64,000 nt of DNA from IMG/VR virus record IMGVR_UViG_3300027668_000009. One strand, 5' to 3'. The notes beneath the pieces are model-generated. The model worked only from the letters and a program-made list of their open reading frames with translations. It searched no databases and was not told the origin of the DNA. This DNA is from an uncultured virus (IMG/VR IMGVR_UViG_3300027668_000009). Taxonomy: Duplodnaviria; Heunggongvirae; Uroviricota; Caudoviricetes. Below are positions 10,110 through 19,658 of the stretch, piece after piece. Made by a program: the position numbers and the translations under genes. Numbering within the stretch: position 1 is the stretch's first letter; every line of letters starts with the position of its first letter.

Positions 10110-10391
10110 TTATCCTGTTATTGCAACACCAACACCAAGTACTTCTGCGTGAGCAGCGAATACTTCATGGGTGGAGTCTTTCTGAATGATTTCAGATTGA
10201 CCACCACCTAGTGTGAATGTTCCTATTAAAGTTGGTGACGCATCACCAGTTTCTATTGAGACTAGTCTTGCTGTTGTGCCTGAGTTTACAACTCTCACTG
10301 CAGTTGAAACTGTGAAGTTACTACCGTTAGTCGATGAAACTCCACAAGCTGCTTCTGAACCTAATACTCTAATTTTCATCTGATTATGCAA
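10110..10391 (-). CDS. hypothetical protein, possibly virion-associated
   Basis: Small beta-rich ORF coupled to the upstream gene. Confidence 0.6.
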   Translation of the reverse strand: MHNQMKIRVLGSEAACGVSSTNGSNFTVSTAVRVVNSGTTARLVSIETGDASPTLIGTFTLGGGQSEIIQKDSTHEVFAAHAEVLGVGVAITG

Positions 10392-10956
10392 CCGCTGTTA
10401 CGTTACCAGCTGCAGAACCGATTCCTGCTACTGAAGTGATAACCGATACTGTTGCAATACCTTTATCTTTAATCGTTCCACCTGCTAATGCTAATGGGTT
10501 TGCACCAATTACTAGTACATCATTGGCTGCGATTGCAGCGTTGGCTGCACCGTATACAATTGAGAATGTAAGTTCGTTAGTTCCAGTTCCACTTGCATAT
10601 GTAAGTGAATGTGGGCCTCTACCTGTTCCAGCACCTTGGTTTCCGTTAGTTACTGATAAAGTAGGTGTACCTGTTACGTCAACTGCTTCGTTGAATATAA
10701 CTTTTGCAGATAATGTTCCACCTGCTGATACGTCCCATGCTGTAGATACCCAATCGATATCCGTAATGTTCGCTGCCCCAAGAGCAGTAGTAAGTGCTGA
10801 ACTTGACCATGCAACTAATGTTTCAGTCAATGTTCTACTTCCTACGATTTTCTTAAGTTCCCAGCCGTGTGGTTTTGCTGATGTGTTGGTTTTTTCAGCA
10901 TCTGATAACCAGTTAGGTTTAGATTCTGTACCACTTGTATGTCCCCAAAGTGCCAT
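10384..10956 (-). CDS. putative virion structural protein (MALWG N-terminus)
   Basis: MALWG start, G/T/A-rich, F.EAV.VTGTP.L...Y.SG.GT..LTF Ig-like segment. Confidence 0.65.
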   Translation of the reverse strand: MALWGHTSGTESKPNWLSDAEKTNTSAKPHGWELKKIVGSRTLTETLVAWSSSALTTALGAANITDIDWVSTAWDVSAGGTLSAKVIFNEAVDVTGTPTLSVTNGNQGAGTGRGPHSLTYASGTGTNELTFSIVYGAANAAIAANDVLVIGANPLALAGGTIKDKGIATVSVITSVAGIGSAAGNVTAVA

Positions 10957-10977
10957 GATTTTCTCCGTTTTTTTCCG

Positions 10978-11523
10978 TTATTTAGCAACCTTCAACACTG
11001 CGTCGAAGGTCTTTTTAAAAGATTTTATATCTTTTTGTAATAGTCGTGAGTATTTATCTCTTAAGGCGGGCTTAACAGACATTAATGCCTTATAAACTTT
11101 TTCTGCATCCGTATGCTTCACCTTCAACTTTTTCATATCATCTGTTCTTACTTCTGTATCTCGTTTAGTGTCCATCATTTTGGATAACTGAACTAATACA
11201 TTTGCATCGGGTCTTAATTGCATACCCTTTGCTTTCGAGTTAAAAGCATCGATTGCTCTATCGATAACCTCGTCCTCTTGTGCTTCTGAATACTTTCCAC
11301 CAGCCATTGTACTGATTTTCTCTATCGCTGCACGCAATTCTTTCTCTGATTTTGCTTTTGATACTGCACGTGCAATTTTCTTATTGCCACCGTCACTCAT
11401 CATTGCAAAGTCTGAAGACTTCTCCATTATGGCACTAGTCTTCTTTGCAGCGTCTTTGATATATCCTAACTTCTTAAGTTTTTCCTTAAAAAGTGAATAT
11501 CTTGCATCGCCCTTTACGCTCAT
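10978..11523 (-). CDS. hypothetical basic protein
   Basis: K-rich ORF within a coupled cluster. Confidence 0.7.
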   Translation of the reverse strand: MSVKGDARYSLFKEKLKKLGYIKDAAKKTSAIMEKSSDFAMMSDGGNKKIARAVSKAKSEKELRAAIEKISTMAGGKYSEAQEDEVIDRAIDAFNSKAKGMQLRPDANVLVQLSKMMDTKRDTEVRTDDMKKLKVKHTDAEKVYKALMSVKPALRDKYSRLLQKDIKSFKKTFDAVLKVAK

Positions 11524-12308
11524 TATTTACTCAAATCTGATTGTTTCATTGATGAAGGGTCACCATATGATGATTTTCCTCTTGCCACTCCATCAAAGTC
11601 ATTGAGTTTCTTCTTAGTTCCATGCATAGCAACTATTGTATAACCTCTGTGCATACCTTTGTTACGTGTATCCATGGTAAGCTTTAGACCCATCAATTTT
11701 GCAGATTGTTCGAATTTCTTTTCTTCGGGTGTTGTCATACCTTTAACTCTGTAAAACATTATAGCTTCGTCAATAGACTCTTCAGAGATAGTCTCTTCTT
11801 TCATACCCATGATACGTTGTGCAAGACCTACAAGTTTTTTAACATCGGACTTTTCCATGTTTGCTTTGTTCTTGTCATTTACCTTTTCGTATGCTTGAGT
11901 GATAACACTTGCAGTGAACATGTCTACCATGATTCCACCGATTTTCTTTGCACCCTTAGTCTTAACGATTTCTTGAAAAGCAGGTATTAAGTTCTTACCT
12001 TCTTCAAGAGATTCTCCCTGCTCTGCTATGTATGATTCGTTTGCATATCGTAATGCTTGTTTGACATCTTTGTTGTCTCTTACTGCTTTACCGAAGAACT
12101 TTTGTATCTCTTTCCCTGCTATATCCATAGCACCACCCATGTCAAGTGCAACTTCAATTGCTTTCTTAACTTGTGGGTCTGTAATCTTGTTTCTTCTAAA
12201 GTACGTTGCAACTTCTCTACCAGTCAGCTTCTGCTTACCGTAAGGCCCTAAAGGATTTACCTTTCCGTCCTTATCTAATATTTTCTTTGCTTCGTGAAAA
12301 AGATTCAT
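11523..12308 (-). CDS. hypothetical protein, putative internal head protein
   Basis: Start likely MNLFHE at 12308; several IxE/LxE motifs separate small modules. Confidence 0.65.
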   Translation of the reverse strand: MNLFHEAKKILDKDGKVNPLGPYGKQKLTGREVATYFRRNKITDPQVKKAIEVALDMGGAMDIAGKEIQKFFGKAVRDNKDVKQALRYANESYIAEQGESLEEGKNLIPAFQEIVKTKGAKKIGGIMVDMFTASVITQAYEKVNDKNKANMEKSDVKKLVGLAQRIMGMKEETISEESIDEAIMFYRVKGMTTPEEKKFEQSAKLMGLKLTMDTRNKGMHRGYTIVAMHGTKKKLNDFDGVARGKSSYGDPSSMKQSDLSK

Positions 12309-12312
12309 TGGA

Positions 12313-13194
12313 TTATGCTCCGTATGGTGCAAGTATGGCTGACATAGCATCGTCATCATGTTTCTTCATGATGTAATAGATTTCGTCTCTTACGAATGTA
12401 TCCATTCTACCCCAAACTTTATCCCACTGGTCGAGACCTTTCTTACTAATGACTGCTGGTTCCCCATCATCACTCTCTACTTCAATGCCTTTTTTAAGTT
12501 GTGCTATGATTGCGCCAACTTCTTTGTCATTGATAGTCTCTTCTTTCTCTAATTTCTGTAGGTCTTTATAGACTTTTGAATTGATTTTTAACTTAGACTT
12601 AACAACTTTCTCTGAGATATCTTCTTCACCCATGTTAAGTTTAGGTTTTCTATACTTACCCACTGGTGATTTTGCTTTATCTCTTGAACCCTCTTCTATC
12701 TGTCCTTCAAATACAGACATAAGAATTCTTTCAAATCCTTTGTCTTCTTTGATACCTAATTTTTTGATTTCGGCTGCAATCTTCTTATTGATGTCACCGA
12801 CTTCTTTTGTTGCAGCGGGGCCTTGTGCAACTAGTCTTGCTTTTTGCATAAGAAGGTCTGAGTATTTTCCATACTTTCCAGCTTTCTCATTGAATGTCTC
12901 GGATTCTGCAACTCCGTCTAGGGGTGTAGGTAAGATTTCTTCTATCTTATATGCTTTCTTCTTTGATGCATACAGTCCTTCACTCTTTTCGTCTTTACCT
13001 TTCCAGTTTGCATCGATATAATCGTAGAACTCTTTCTCTTTGTCACCCTTAAGTTCTGCTGGAGATGTAACTCCAAACTTCTTAAGTGCAGCGTTAAAGA
13101 AATCCTTATAGTCTTTACCTTCAGTAACGATTTTACCAGCAGCTGCTAGTAAGTCGTCTGATAGACCGTGTCCTAATCCTTTGAAATTGTTCAT
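12313..13194 (-). CDS. hypothetical protein, putative internal head protein
   Basis: YKDFFNAALKKFGV.SPAEL...KKEF module; repeated (I/V/F)xE motifs. Confidence 0.65.
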   Translation of the reverse strand: MNNFKGLGHGLSDDLLAAAGKIVTEGKDYKDFFNAALKKFGVTSPAELKGDKEKEFYDYIDANWKGKDEKSEGLYASKKKAYKIEEILPTPLDGVAESETFNEKAGKYGKYSDLLMQKARLVAQGPAATKEVGDINKKIAAEIKKLGIKEDKGFERILMSVFEGQIEEGSRDKAKSPVGKYRKPKLNMGEEDISEKVVKSKLKINSKVYKDLQKLEKEETINDKEVGAIIAQLKKGIEVESDDGEPAVISKKGLDQWDKVWGRMDTFVRDEIYYIMKKHDDDAMSAILAPYGA

Positions 13195-13640
13195 TGTTTG
13201 AGTTCCCCTTTTTCGAAATAGTCGAACATCTTCTCTTTGCCTTGTTCATCAAGACGTAAAGACTTTGCAAGTCTACCTAACATGTTTTTTTCTGTAAGTT
13301 TTTCAGCTGTTTTAGCTAACGATAATTTTTCTTCTTCTACTATGACTGGTACTTCGGGTAGTTTATCTTCTGTATCCCCGATTATCTCTTCAGTACCTTC
13401 TGCAAGAGCTATGATTTTAGCTTCAACTAGTTTTAATTCGTCTTGTAATTTAGTTTTTTCTTCATGAAGTTTCTGCAATGCTCCGACACTTACATCTTCT
13501 TCTAAGTGTGCAATTAAGAGTTCTATCTCTTCATTTACAATGTCTTCAGCCGTTTTTTCTACCGAACCCTCTTTGCGTGGTTCAACGTAGTTACGAACTT
13601 CGTCTAGTTTTTCCTTCCAGTTTTCTGATTTATAACTCAT
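13191..13640 (-). CDS. hypothetical acidic coiled-coil protein
   Basis: E-rich ORF with ATAAATA upstream. Confidence 0.65.
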   Translation of the reverse strand: MSYKSENWKEKLDEVRNYVEPRKEGSVEKTAEDIVNEEIELLIAHLEEDVSVGALQKLHEEKTKLQDELKLVEAKIIALAEGTEEIIGDTEDKLPEVPVIVEEEKLSLAKTAEKLTEKNMLGRLAKSLRLDEQGKEKMFDYFEKGELKQ

Positions 13641-13648
13641 AGTCTTAT

Positions 13649-13876
13649 TTATGTTATTTGTATCCTAACGACGAGATTCCCCTCACCTTTTACTAACCTG
13701 TGATAGGTCATTCCTTGGATAAAATGGTCTTCTCCTCTGTTCATTTGTATTGGTAACTGGTCATCTATTTGCAGTTCCCAATGTTCACCTTCTAGAACAT
13801 GTACCATTCGAGACTCCGTGTCTCTATGCCATACAAGTTCTGCTTCATTTACGGTATCAGTGAAAGTACGTATCAT
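13649..13876 (-). CDS. small cupin-fold protein
   Basis: WHRD.E...YHRL metal-binding cupin-like motifs; the frame stays open to 13933. Confidence 0.6.
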   Translation of the reverse strand: MIRTFTDTVNEAELVWHRDTESRMVHVLEGEHWELQIDDQLPIQMNRGEDHFIQGMTYHRLVKGEGNLVVRIQIT

Positions 13877-13925
13877 GTACTTTGTTCCTGTTCCGTGTTG
13901 TTCTAAAATTTGTTCAGTATACGGT

Positions 13926-14210
13926 TTAATCGTCTAACCCTTTAACATAAGTGTTATCATCTTTATAAGGGTTACCACCCTCATACCAACTACCTTCTTT
14001 CTTTTCCGTTGTTTCTATGTCTGTTAATCTAATCTGGCCTGATACCCAGTTCTCTGCACAATTCTCTGCATATGATTCTGAATGATTATGCACCTTTCTT
14101 GTTGCTAACCAGTCATCTACTTCATGTAAATCAACTTCCCAACCTTTTGGGGTCTTAAATACCTCGGCCAACCTGTTGTTGTCGCGATAAGTGTGATACA
14201 ATTCTCTCAT
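13926..14210 (-). CDS. hypothetical protein
   Basis: ORF; HSESYAENCAENWV motif. Confidence 0.65.
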   Translation of the reverse strand: MRELYHTYRDNNRLAEVFKTPKGWEVDLHEVDDWLATRKVHNHSESYAENCAENWVSGQIRLTDIETTEKKEGSWYEGGNPYKDDNTYVKGLDD

Positions 14211-14239
14211 AATATTTATTTCCTACACCTATATTTAGA

Positions 14240-14773
14240 CTACCAAAAAAAGTCTCCACCACCCGACAAACCTAATTGTTTTGCATAGTATGGTAGTCTG
14301 CAAGCCCAATAACCTGCTGTAGTCTTATCATTCTTCGTGTCGCATTGGTGTCTTGCAACAAAACTTTTACGGGCCTTATCGTTCTTTAACTTAACTTTCA
14401 GTCCTGTAGTATCACCCCAAGATATCTTCTTTACCTTGTCTCCGTCCTTAACGTAAACGTAATACTTCTTTGAACCACCCACTTTGGGTTTGTTCAACTC
14501 GGGTTCCTTCTCGTCTTCTTCTAGAATCATTGGACAATCCAATGGTACGAGTTCTCCTTCATGCACATCAAAATTACCGAGTTCTGTTTCGATGATGTTT
14601 CTATCAACTTCTGTAAGTCGATATTTGTTCTCTGCAACAAGTCTTCTTGCTTCATTGATAGTTTCAAAATACATCAATGACCCCAATCTAAATGGGTTAT
14701 CAGTGAGGTTAGTTCCTTCTATCTGAAGCGTCTCTAGAGTTTCGTCTATTGCAACTTCCTTAAGTGTCTTCAT
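14240..14773 (-). CDS. conserved hypothetical protein
   Basis: KKYYVYVKDGDKVKKISWGD...ARKSFVARHQC...AGYWAC motif common in large DNA viruses. Confidence 0.75.
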   Translation of the reverse strand: MKTLKEVAIDETLETLQIEGTNLTDNPFRLGSLMYFETINEARRLVAENKYRLTEVDRNIIETELGNFDVHEGELVPLDCPMILEEDEKEPELNKPKVGGSKKYYVYVKDGDKVKKISWGDTTGLKVKLKNDKARKSFVARHQCDTKNDKTTAGYWACRLPYYAKQLGLSGGGDFFW

Positions 14774-14786
14774 AATTTAAGTTATT

Positions 14787-15110
14787 CTACTCTTCGGATT
14801 CTGACATATGGTATCCACTACCATCACAATGAGTACACTCTTTATCGTCTACTTCACCAGAGCCTTTACATTCAGGGCATACAACTTTGTCTGCTTCTGC
14901 AACGTCTAATGACTCCTTCTGATATGGATATCCTTTTAGGGGGTTAGGAAACTTAGTAGAGAAATGTTTCTTTTGCACTTCTTCGTTTACTGTTTTGATA
15001 GCCATCAAGTATTTCTCAACTGCTTGGCCTGGAGTATCCTCTTGATATGAAACTACTGCTTCATCTGTACCAATTTCTAGTACTCCGTTGTCTGTTTTAT
15101 TACCTGTCAT
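14787..15110 (-). CDS. hypothetical protein with DnaJ-type zinc finger
   Basis: CPECKGSG and CTHCDGSG (CxxCxGxG repeats). Confidence 0.7.
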   Translation of the reverse strand: MTGNKTDNGVLEIGTDEAVVSYQEDTPGQAVEKYLMAIKTVNEEVQKKHFSTKFPNPLKGYPYQKESLDVAEADKVVCPECKGSGEVDDKECTHCDGSGYHMSESEE

Positions 15111-16492
15111 CTTATACCCCTTAAATTTCTTAATGCTTCTGTATTGAATTCTTTGATTGGTTTTCCATAACCACCACCGTGGTCTTCTGCAGTTTTAAGT
15201 TTTGCAAGTTGGTCAACCAAAGGTCTTAAATCGTGATTCTTATCGTTAGTGTTGTTTTTTGCAAAGACACCTACTTTGAATGCACTTGAACCTTTTCTTG
15301 GGTCACTGTATAAAGGAGCTCCGTTTGCATCTTTGATGTTTAACTTATGTGTCTTACTGTATGCAGATACGATTTTCTTTGCTTGATTCCAGTCTTTCTC
15401 GGTTTGTTTATCATCACCTCTGAACTGAATTTCAAAATCTGTTATTCTTTCAGAACCTTTAATCTTATCAGGCCTGAACTTCTCGCCTAAAGACTCATTT
15501 GCCTTTCTGTCTGCATCTCTCTTTTTATCTATTGCATCGTTTGCTGATTCTTTCTCTTTTTGACCAGCCATCTTGTCGTTGTCACGGTCATGTCTTTTCT
15601 GTAGTGCTTCGACTTCTTGTTCTTGTTTGTCCTTAAGTCTCTCAATCTCTTCTGCTTGTTTTGCTTTTAGATTTGCAGAATCTACGGCTGCATCTTCCTG
15701 TATCTCTACCTCTTCACCAAATTTAAGGAATAGTTTACCCTTTTCTTGTGATTGAGATGTAACTTTATGTTTAACCATTGCACCAATGCTGTTTAGCATA
15801 CTTTCTGCAGATTCGGGATTCTTTGCATAGGTCTTCTCTATCTTATCTGAGACTTTCTTAAGAATGACATCTGTGATATGTTGAATACCCGATACTAGTT
15901 TACCTTCTGAGGTGTCTTCTATTACAGTATTCTTTGGGTATGATTTCTTGATATATCTAAGAATCTCTTGTACTCTTCTACCATCAATTACTGCAAAGAC
16001 TCTAAACTTACCTTGGTGTTTCTTTAGTATGACTTGAGCACCCATACCAGTAGTTTCTAGTTTATCACCCTTTGCTATAACGGATTTACCGACCATGTCT
16101 TTACCATCATAGAATGCATCAATGACCTTCTTATCTTTAGGAGATAATGCTTCTGTTAGGGTTGATTCACTCATTACTAGAGCACTCAACTGTTGTGCAA
16201 TGACTTGCATCTGTGCAGCTGGAATGCTTTGGAGTGCTTTCACTTGGTCTTTAGTAAGACCTTTGATTTTCTTGAAGACATTTGACACTTTACTTTCATT
16301 GTGTACTAGGTCATTAAAGGTAACAGACTCTTTCGGTACACAATTAGGGACATCCTTTCCACCCTTCTTCTTCATACCGATTTGCTTATAGTTCTTCCAA
16401 CATGGGTCATCTTCCGTCATCGGAGTTTTGCATGTATCACAACTACATTTAGGTGTTTTCTTTTCTTGTAATATCTTATCTAATATATCCAT
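15107..16492 (-). CDS. modular hypothetical protein, putative internal head protein
   Basis: DPCWKNYKQIGMKKKGGKDVPNCVP module and many xxE-delimited modules. Confidence 0.7.
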   Translation of the reverse strand: MDILDKILQEKKTPKCSCDTCKTPMTEDDPCWKNYKQIGMKKKGGKDVPNCVPKESVTFNDLVHNESKVSNVFKKIKGLTKDQVKALQSIPAAQMQVIAQQLSALVMSESTLTEALSPKDKKVIDAFYDGKDMVGKSVIAKGDKLETTGMGAQVILKKHQGKFRVFAVIDGRRVQEILRYIKKSYPKNTVIEDTSEGKLVSGIQHITDVILKKVSDKIEKTYAKNPESAESMLNSIGAMVKHKVTSQSQEKGKLFLKFGEEVEIQEDAAVDSANLKAKQAEEIERLKDKQEQEVEALQKRHDRDNDKMAGQKEKESANDAIDKKRDADRKANESLGEKFRPDKIKGSERITDFEIQFRGDDKQTEKDWNQAKKIVSAYSKTHKLNIKDANGAPLYSDPRKGSSAFKVGVFAKNNTNDKNHDLRPLVDQLAKLKTAEDHGGGYGKPIKEFNTEALRNLRGIR

Positions 16493-16500
16493 AGTGTTAT

Positions 16501-17787
16501 TTATCGTTTTTTAGCATCTAATTCTGCTTGTTTCCAAGCTAATGCTTTCTTGTTAGAAGGTAATGACCCACTCCATCCCAATAGTTTGGCATAGAGACCA
16601 CTTGCTTTCTTTTTGATAGCAGATAAGTCGTCGTCGTTTGTTACGTGTATGAAGTTCTGACCAAAGATTGACTTCATTTCTTTTGCATTCTTTTGCGCTG
16701 CAGTCCAGTCTGATTTAACTATCTCAGCAGGTACGACACGAGGTCTACCTAAATTTCTTTTCTGTGCATTTTCTAGTGATGCATCCACGTATACCATTTT
16801 GTAATCATAACCCATTTGGTCTAATAATTTCTTATAATTCTTAATCTTCTGTGCCTTTGCACTAGTAGTATCAAAGATAAGACCTAGTCTTCCTCTGAGA
16901 TATGCATCTAGGTTCTTACCAGTAATCTTCTTAGCTTTTGCTCTGAGAGGGTCTCTGTCCTTTGCATCTACCTTTGAAAGGTCAAGACTTAGTCCTGCCT
17001 TCTTTAATCCGTGTTCAAACGCTGCATCGGTATTGACCATCTTAAGTCCTAATGACTTTAGTGACAATGCATCAACTACTGTTGACTTACCACTGCCTGG
17101 GCCACCCATAAGGAATACTGCCTTAAAGATACCTTGGTCGTAAACACCTTCGGTTATAAGGTCTTCAATCATGTAGTCGGGTAGGTGTGACTCAACGATT
17201 CCCATTCCTTTACGAATATCTTTGTATAGACCTTCTACATCCTTTTTATTTGTTGATGGAACACCTTGTGCAAATGCTTTAAAGTCACCGATTTCTGCAA
17301 GAGCTCTTAACTTGGATGCACTCATACCACTTAGGTCATCTGCATCGGGGTCTCTCTCCCCTGCTGATACAATTTGAATGTCCTCAAACTTGTAGTAACC
17401 GTGTCTTGCTTTGACACCATTGTATTTGTTCAGTAACATTTCGAATTCTTTGATTCTGTCTGAACCAACTACCATCTTAACTCGTGAGAATCCCTGTCTA
17501 TGGAGTTCATTTGCAATATCAAATACAGTTCTTGCCTGTACGTCTGCAACTATCCTACCAAAGAACTTCTTAAGGTATCTTACTTTGACTTTATGGTCTA
17601 GAGGGTTTTTCTGTTTGTCGTTTGAATGGGATGAGAAAAGCATTGGTTGATAACCACCGCTAGATTCTTTTTTAAGCTTTGTAACTAACTTTGCATGACC
17701 AGTGGTTGGTGGATTGAATCTACCAAATGTGAATACAACACCTTTGTCTTTTGCTTCAGTTAAGAATTTTCCGAATGTTTTACTCAT
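16501..17787 (-). CDS. cytidyltransferase-like (HxGH) domain fused to zeta-toxin-like P-loop kinase
   Basis: FTFGRFNPPTTGH, GSDR, SAGERDPDA, MSASK; C-terminal GGPGSGKS, NTD, IFDTT. Confidence 0.8.
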   Translation of the reverse strand: MSKTFGKFLTEAKDKGVVFTFGRFNPPTTGHAKLVTKLKKESSGGYQPMLFSSHSNDKQKNPLDHKVKVRYLKKFFGRIVADVQARTVFDIANELHRQGFSRVKMVVGSDRIKEFEMLLNKYNGVKARHGYYKFEDIQIVSAGERDPDADDLSGMSASKLRALAEIGDFKAFAQGVPSTNKKDVEGLYKDIRKGMGIVESHLPDYMIEDLITEGVYDQGIFKAVFLMGGPGSGKSTVVDALSLKSLGLKMVNTDAAFEHGLKKAGLSLDLSKVDAKDRDPLRAKAKKITGKNLDAYLRGRLGLIFDTTSAKAQKIKNYKKLLDQMGYDYKMVYVDASLENAQKRNLGRPRVVPAEIVKSDWTAAQKNAKEMKSIFGQNFIHVTNDDDLSAIKKKASGLYAKLLGWSGSLPSNKKALAWKQAELDAKKR

Positions 17788-18989
17788 TATTTGTCCCAGT
17801 TCTTAATTGCAGTAAAGTTATTGAATGCAAACTCCATACGGTCTACTAGTTTCACAGCTTTACCTGTTCTATCGATTGCAACGTAACCTTCGGGGTTGAC
17901 TGCTTCAAATCCCTTATCAGTTTTCTTAAACGTTCCAATACTCTTTACTCTATTTAGGGCAACGATAATTATCTGTTTTGCAACTACCAAATGACCCATG
18001 AAACTAGTGAGGTTTGTTACGAACTTCTTAAGTCCTCTTATCTCTCTTGATAAGTCATCACCGATTTCTTTCTTAATTTGTTTATGTTTTTCTGTCTTAA
18101 CACCACCGACAACCTTATCTGCCCATATCTTCTCAAAGTGATTCAAGTATCCAACATAGGATGGGTTGAACTTACCTTGTCTGATTAATGAGTTACAGTA
18201 CGTCTTGTAAGATGCACCAGCACCTTTCTTTGTGATAGTCATCTGTATGTCTTGGAACTTCTGTAGGTCTTTCTTAGTGATACCGTGGAATGCTTTACCT
18301 GTTACAGTCAACTCTTTGGTCAAGTTAGCAGTCTCCATTGCAGTCATTGAACTGTTACCAGTGACATCTTTGTATGTTGCATCGTCTAACCACACATCGG
18401 TACTAGAACCTAACTTAGATATGTTTGCACCGAATGATGCACCCAATCCTTCTATAGTGGCACCTTCGTATGTAGTATGGAATACAATTCCCATCTTAGA
18501 GTTTGCAATTACTTTACCGAGCTGAGAATCTACGTCAACTGCATATAAAATTGTGTTGGGTTGGAATGTAATGTATGACTTACCATCTATCTTTTGTGTC
18601 TTGGTGTCGTTAGTGTACATCAAGTCACCTTGCATGACTGTGTTCCAAGATAGTTTAGATAAGCATTTGAATGAGGTTAAGAATTTCTCTTTGAGGTTAC
18701 CACTGAGGTCGGGACTGTTGTTTATCTCGTCTTCTGAGGTATAAAATAACGGTGTCTTGTTGAATAGGGATTTCTTTGCAACAAAGAACTGACCTGTTTC
18801 GGGATGTTTTCCACAAAATATAGCAGGAGCTCCATCCCATTTTACAGTCATGTTAACTGAAGATGAAGAATGCCCCTTCATCATATCTCTAAGACCTTGT
18901 AAGAAGTTAATTGCACCTCTGCCACCATCAATACCTTGATTGATGATTTCGTCTTCTAGATGTTCTAAATGTAGATTTTTTGCACTCAT
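17787..18989 (-). CDS. conserved T4-like hypothetical protein (KNLHLEHLED family)
   Basis: KNLHLEHLED, TVKWDGAPA, QGDL, EGYV, KLVDR motifs resemble ligase-type nucleotidyltransferase motifs (KxDG). Confidence 0.75.
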   Translation of the reverse strand: MSAKNLHLEHLEDEIINQGIDGGRGAINFLQGLRDMMKGHSSSSVNMTVKWDGAPAIFCGKHPETGQFFVAKKSLFNKTPLFYTSEDEINNSPDLSGNLKEKFLTSFKCLSKLSWNTVMQGDLMYTNDTKTQKIDGKSYITFQPNTILYAVDVDSQLGKVIANSKMGIVFHTTYEGATIEGLGASFGANISKLGSSTDVWLDDATYKDVTGNSSMTAMETANLTKELTVTGKAFHGITKKDLQKFQDIQMTITKKGAGASYKTYCNSLIRQGKFNPSYVGYLNHFEKIWADKVVGGVKTEKHKQIKKEIGDDLSREIRGLKKFVTNLTSFMGHLVVAKQIIIVALNRVKSIGTFKKTDKGFEAVNPEGYVAIDRTGKAVKLVDRMEFAFNNFTAIKNWDK

Positions 18990-18996
18990 AGTAGAT

Positions 18997-19025
18997 ATTA
19001 TACCACAGTTTGTGGTTCCTGTCTA
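18997..19025 (-). promoter_or_regulatory. sigma70-like promoter
   Basis: TAGACA-17-TATAAT with extended TG just upstream of the 18989 ATG. Confidence 0.6.
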
Positions 19026-19046
19026 CTATTTATGGTTCTTTTTTAG

Positions 19047-19433
19047 CTACGGTGCTATGGTAGTTTCACCAGCATCGATTCTTGCTTGGATAGCAGCGAT
19101 GTCGGTTACGTATGAATCTATTGATGCAGTAATGACTGCTGAGATTTCAGAATTCATTGCAATTGCATTTGCTGGAGAACTGTTTTCAGTCGAAGCTCTT
19201 TCTGCAACCATATCAACAAACATTTGGTCTAAATCATCTGCATTAACACCTTGTGTGTCATGCCAAGTTAGGAATGCATCTCTTCCAGCTCCTGTCCATT
19301 CTGCTGGAGTTGATGATGATTTTGTTGCACCAGTGAAATAAGTCTTATTGACTCCATTATGCCAATCTTTTTGATTAACTAGTGATTGATGATGTGCAGT
19401 TTGTTCTGCTAATAGGTCTGTAAGTTCTGACAT
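19047..19433 (-). CDS. hypothetical protein
   Basis: ORF with GGAG SD. Confidence 0.65.
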   Translation of the reverse strand: MSELTDLLAEQTAHHQSLVNQKDWHNGVNKTYFTGATKSSSTPAEWTGAGRDAFLTWHDTQGVNADDLDQMFVDMVAERASTENSSPANAIAMNSEISAVITASIDSYVTDIAAIQARIDAGETTIAP

Positions 19434-19463
19434 GTATAACTCCGTGTGTGTTTACAGGATTAT

Positions 19464-19640
19464 TTATGTTTTAGACAGCGGTGTCGAGTGCAATTTGTCC
19501 TCAATTTTATCAATTTTTTTCGATATTTTCTTAGATGCTGAGGTGTCGTGGTCTTTTTTTGCTTCTCTGAGTTTCTTCTTCAAAGCAATCTTCTCTTCTA
19601 TTGCAGAGATAACGTCTGTGGATTTCAAATTAGTAGTCAT
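19464..19640 (-). CDS. small basic hypothetical protein (58 aa, not in ORF track)
   Basis: MTTNLKSTDVISAIEEKIALKKKLREAKK...; perfect TATAAATA 10 nt upstream. Confidence 0.6.
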   Translation of the reverse strand: MTTNLKSTDVISAIEEKIALKKKLREAKKDHDTSASKKISKKIDKIEDKLHSTPLSKT

Positions 19641-19650
19641 AATATAACTG

Positions 19651-19658
19651 TATTTATA
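19651..19658 (-). promoter_or_regulatory. T4-type late promoter
   Basis: TATAAATA; gp55 is encoded in the window. Confidence 0.7.

Noticed and set aside
10436..11095. Long plus-strand ORFs (this one; also 12581, 25979, 37420, 51786 and others)
   Set aside because: They are antisense shadows of well-supported minus-strand genes, with no motifs, SD or promoter.
6521..19433. Similar C-termini of ORFs 6521..6706 (ARVQTLIDA) and 19047..19433 (AAIQARIDA)
   Set aside because: The match is too short to claim paralogy without an alignment.
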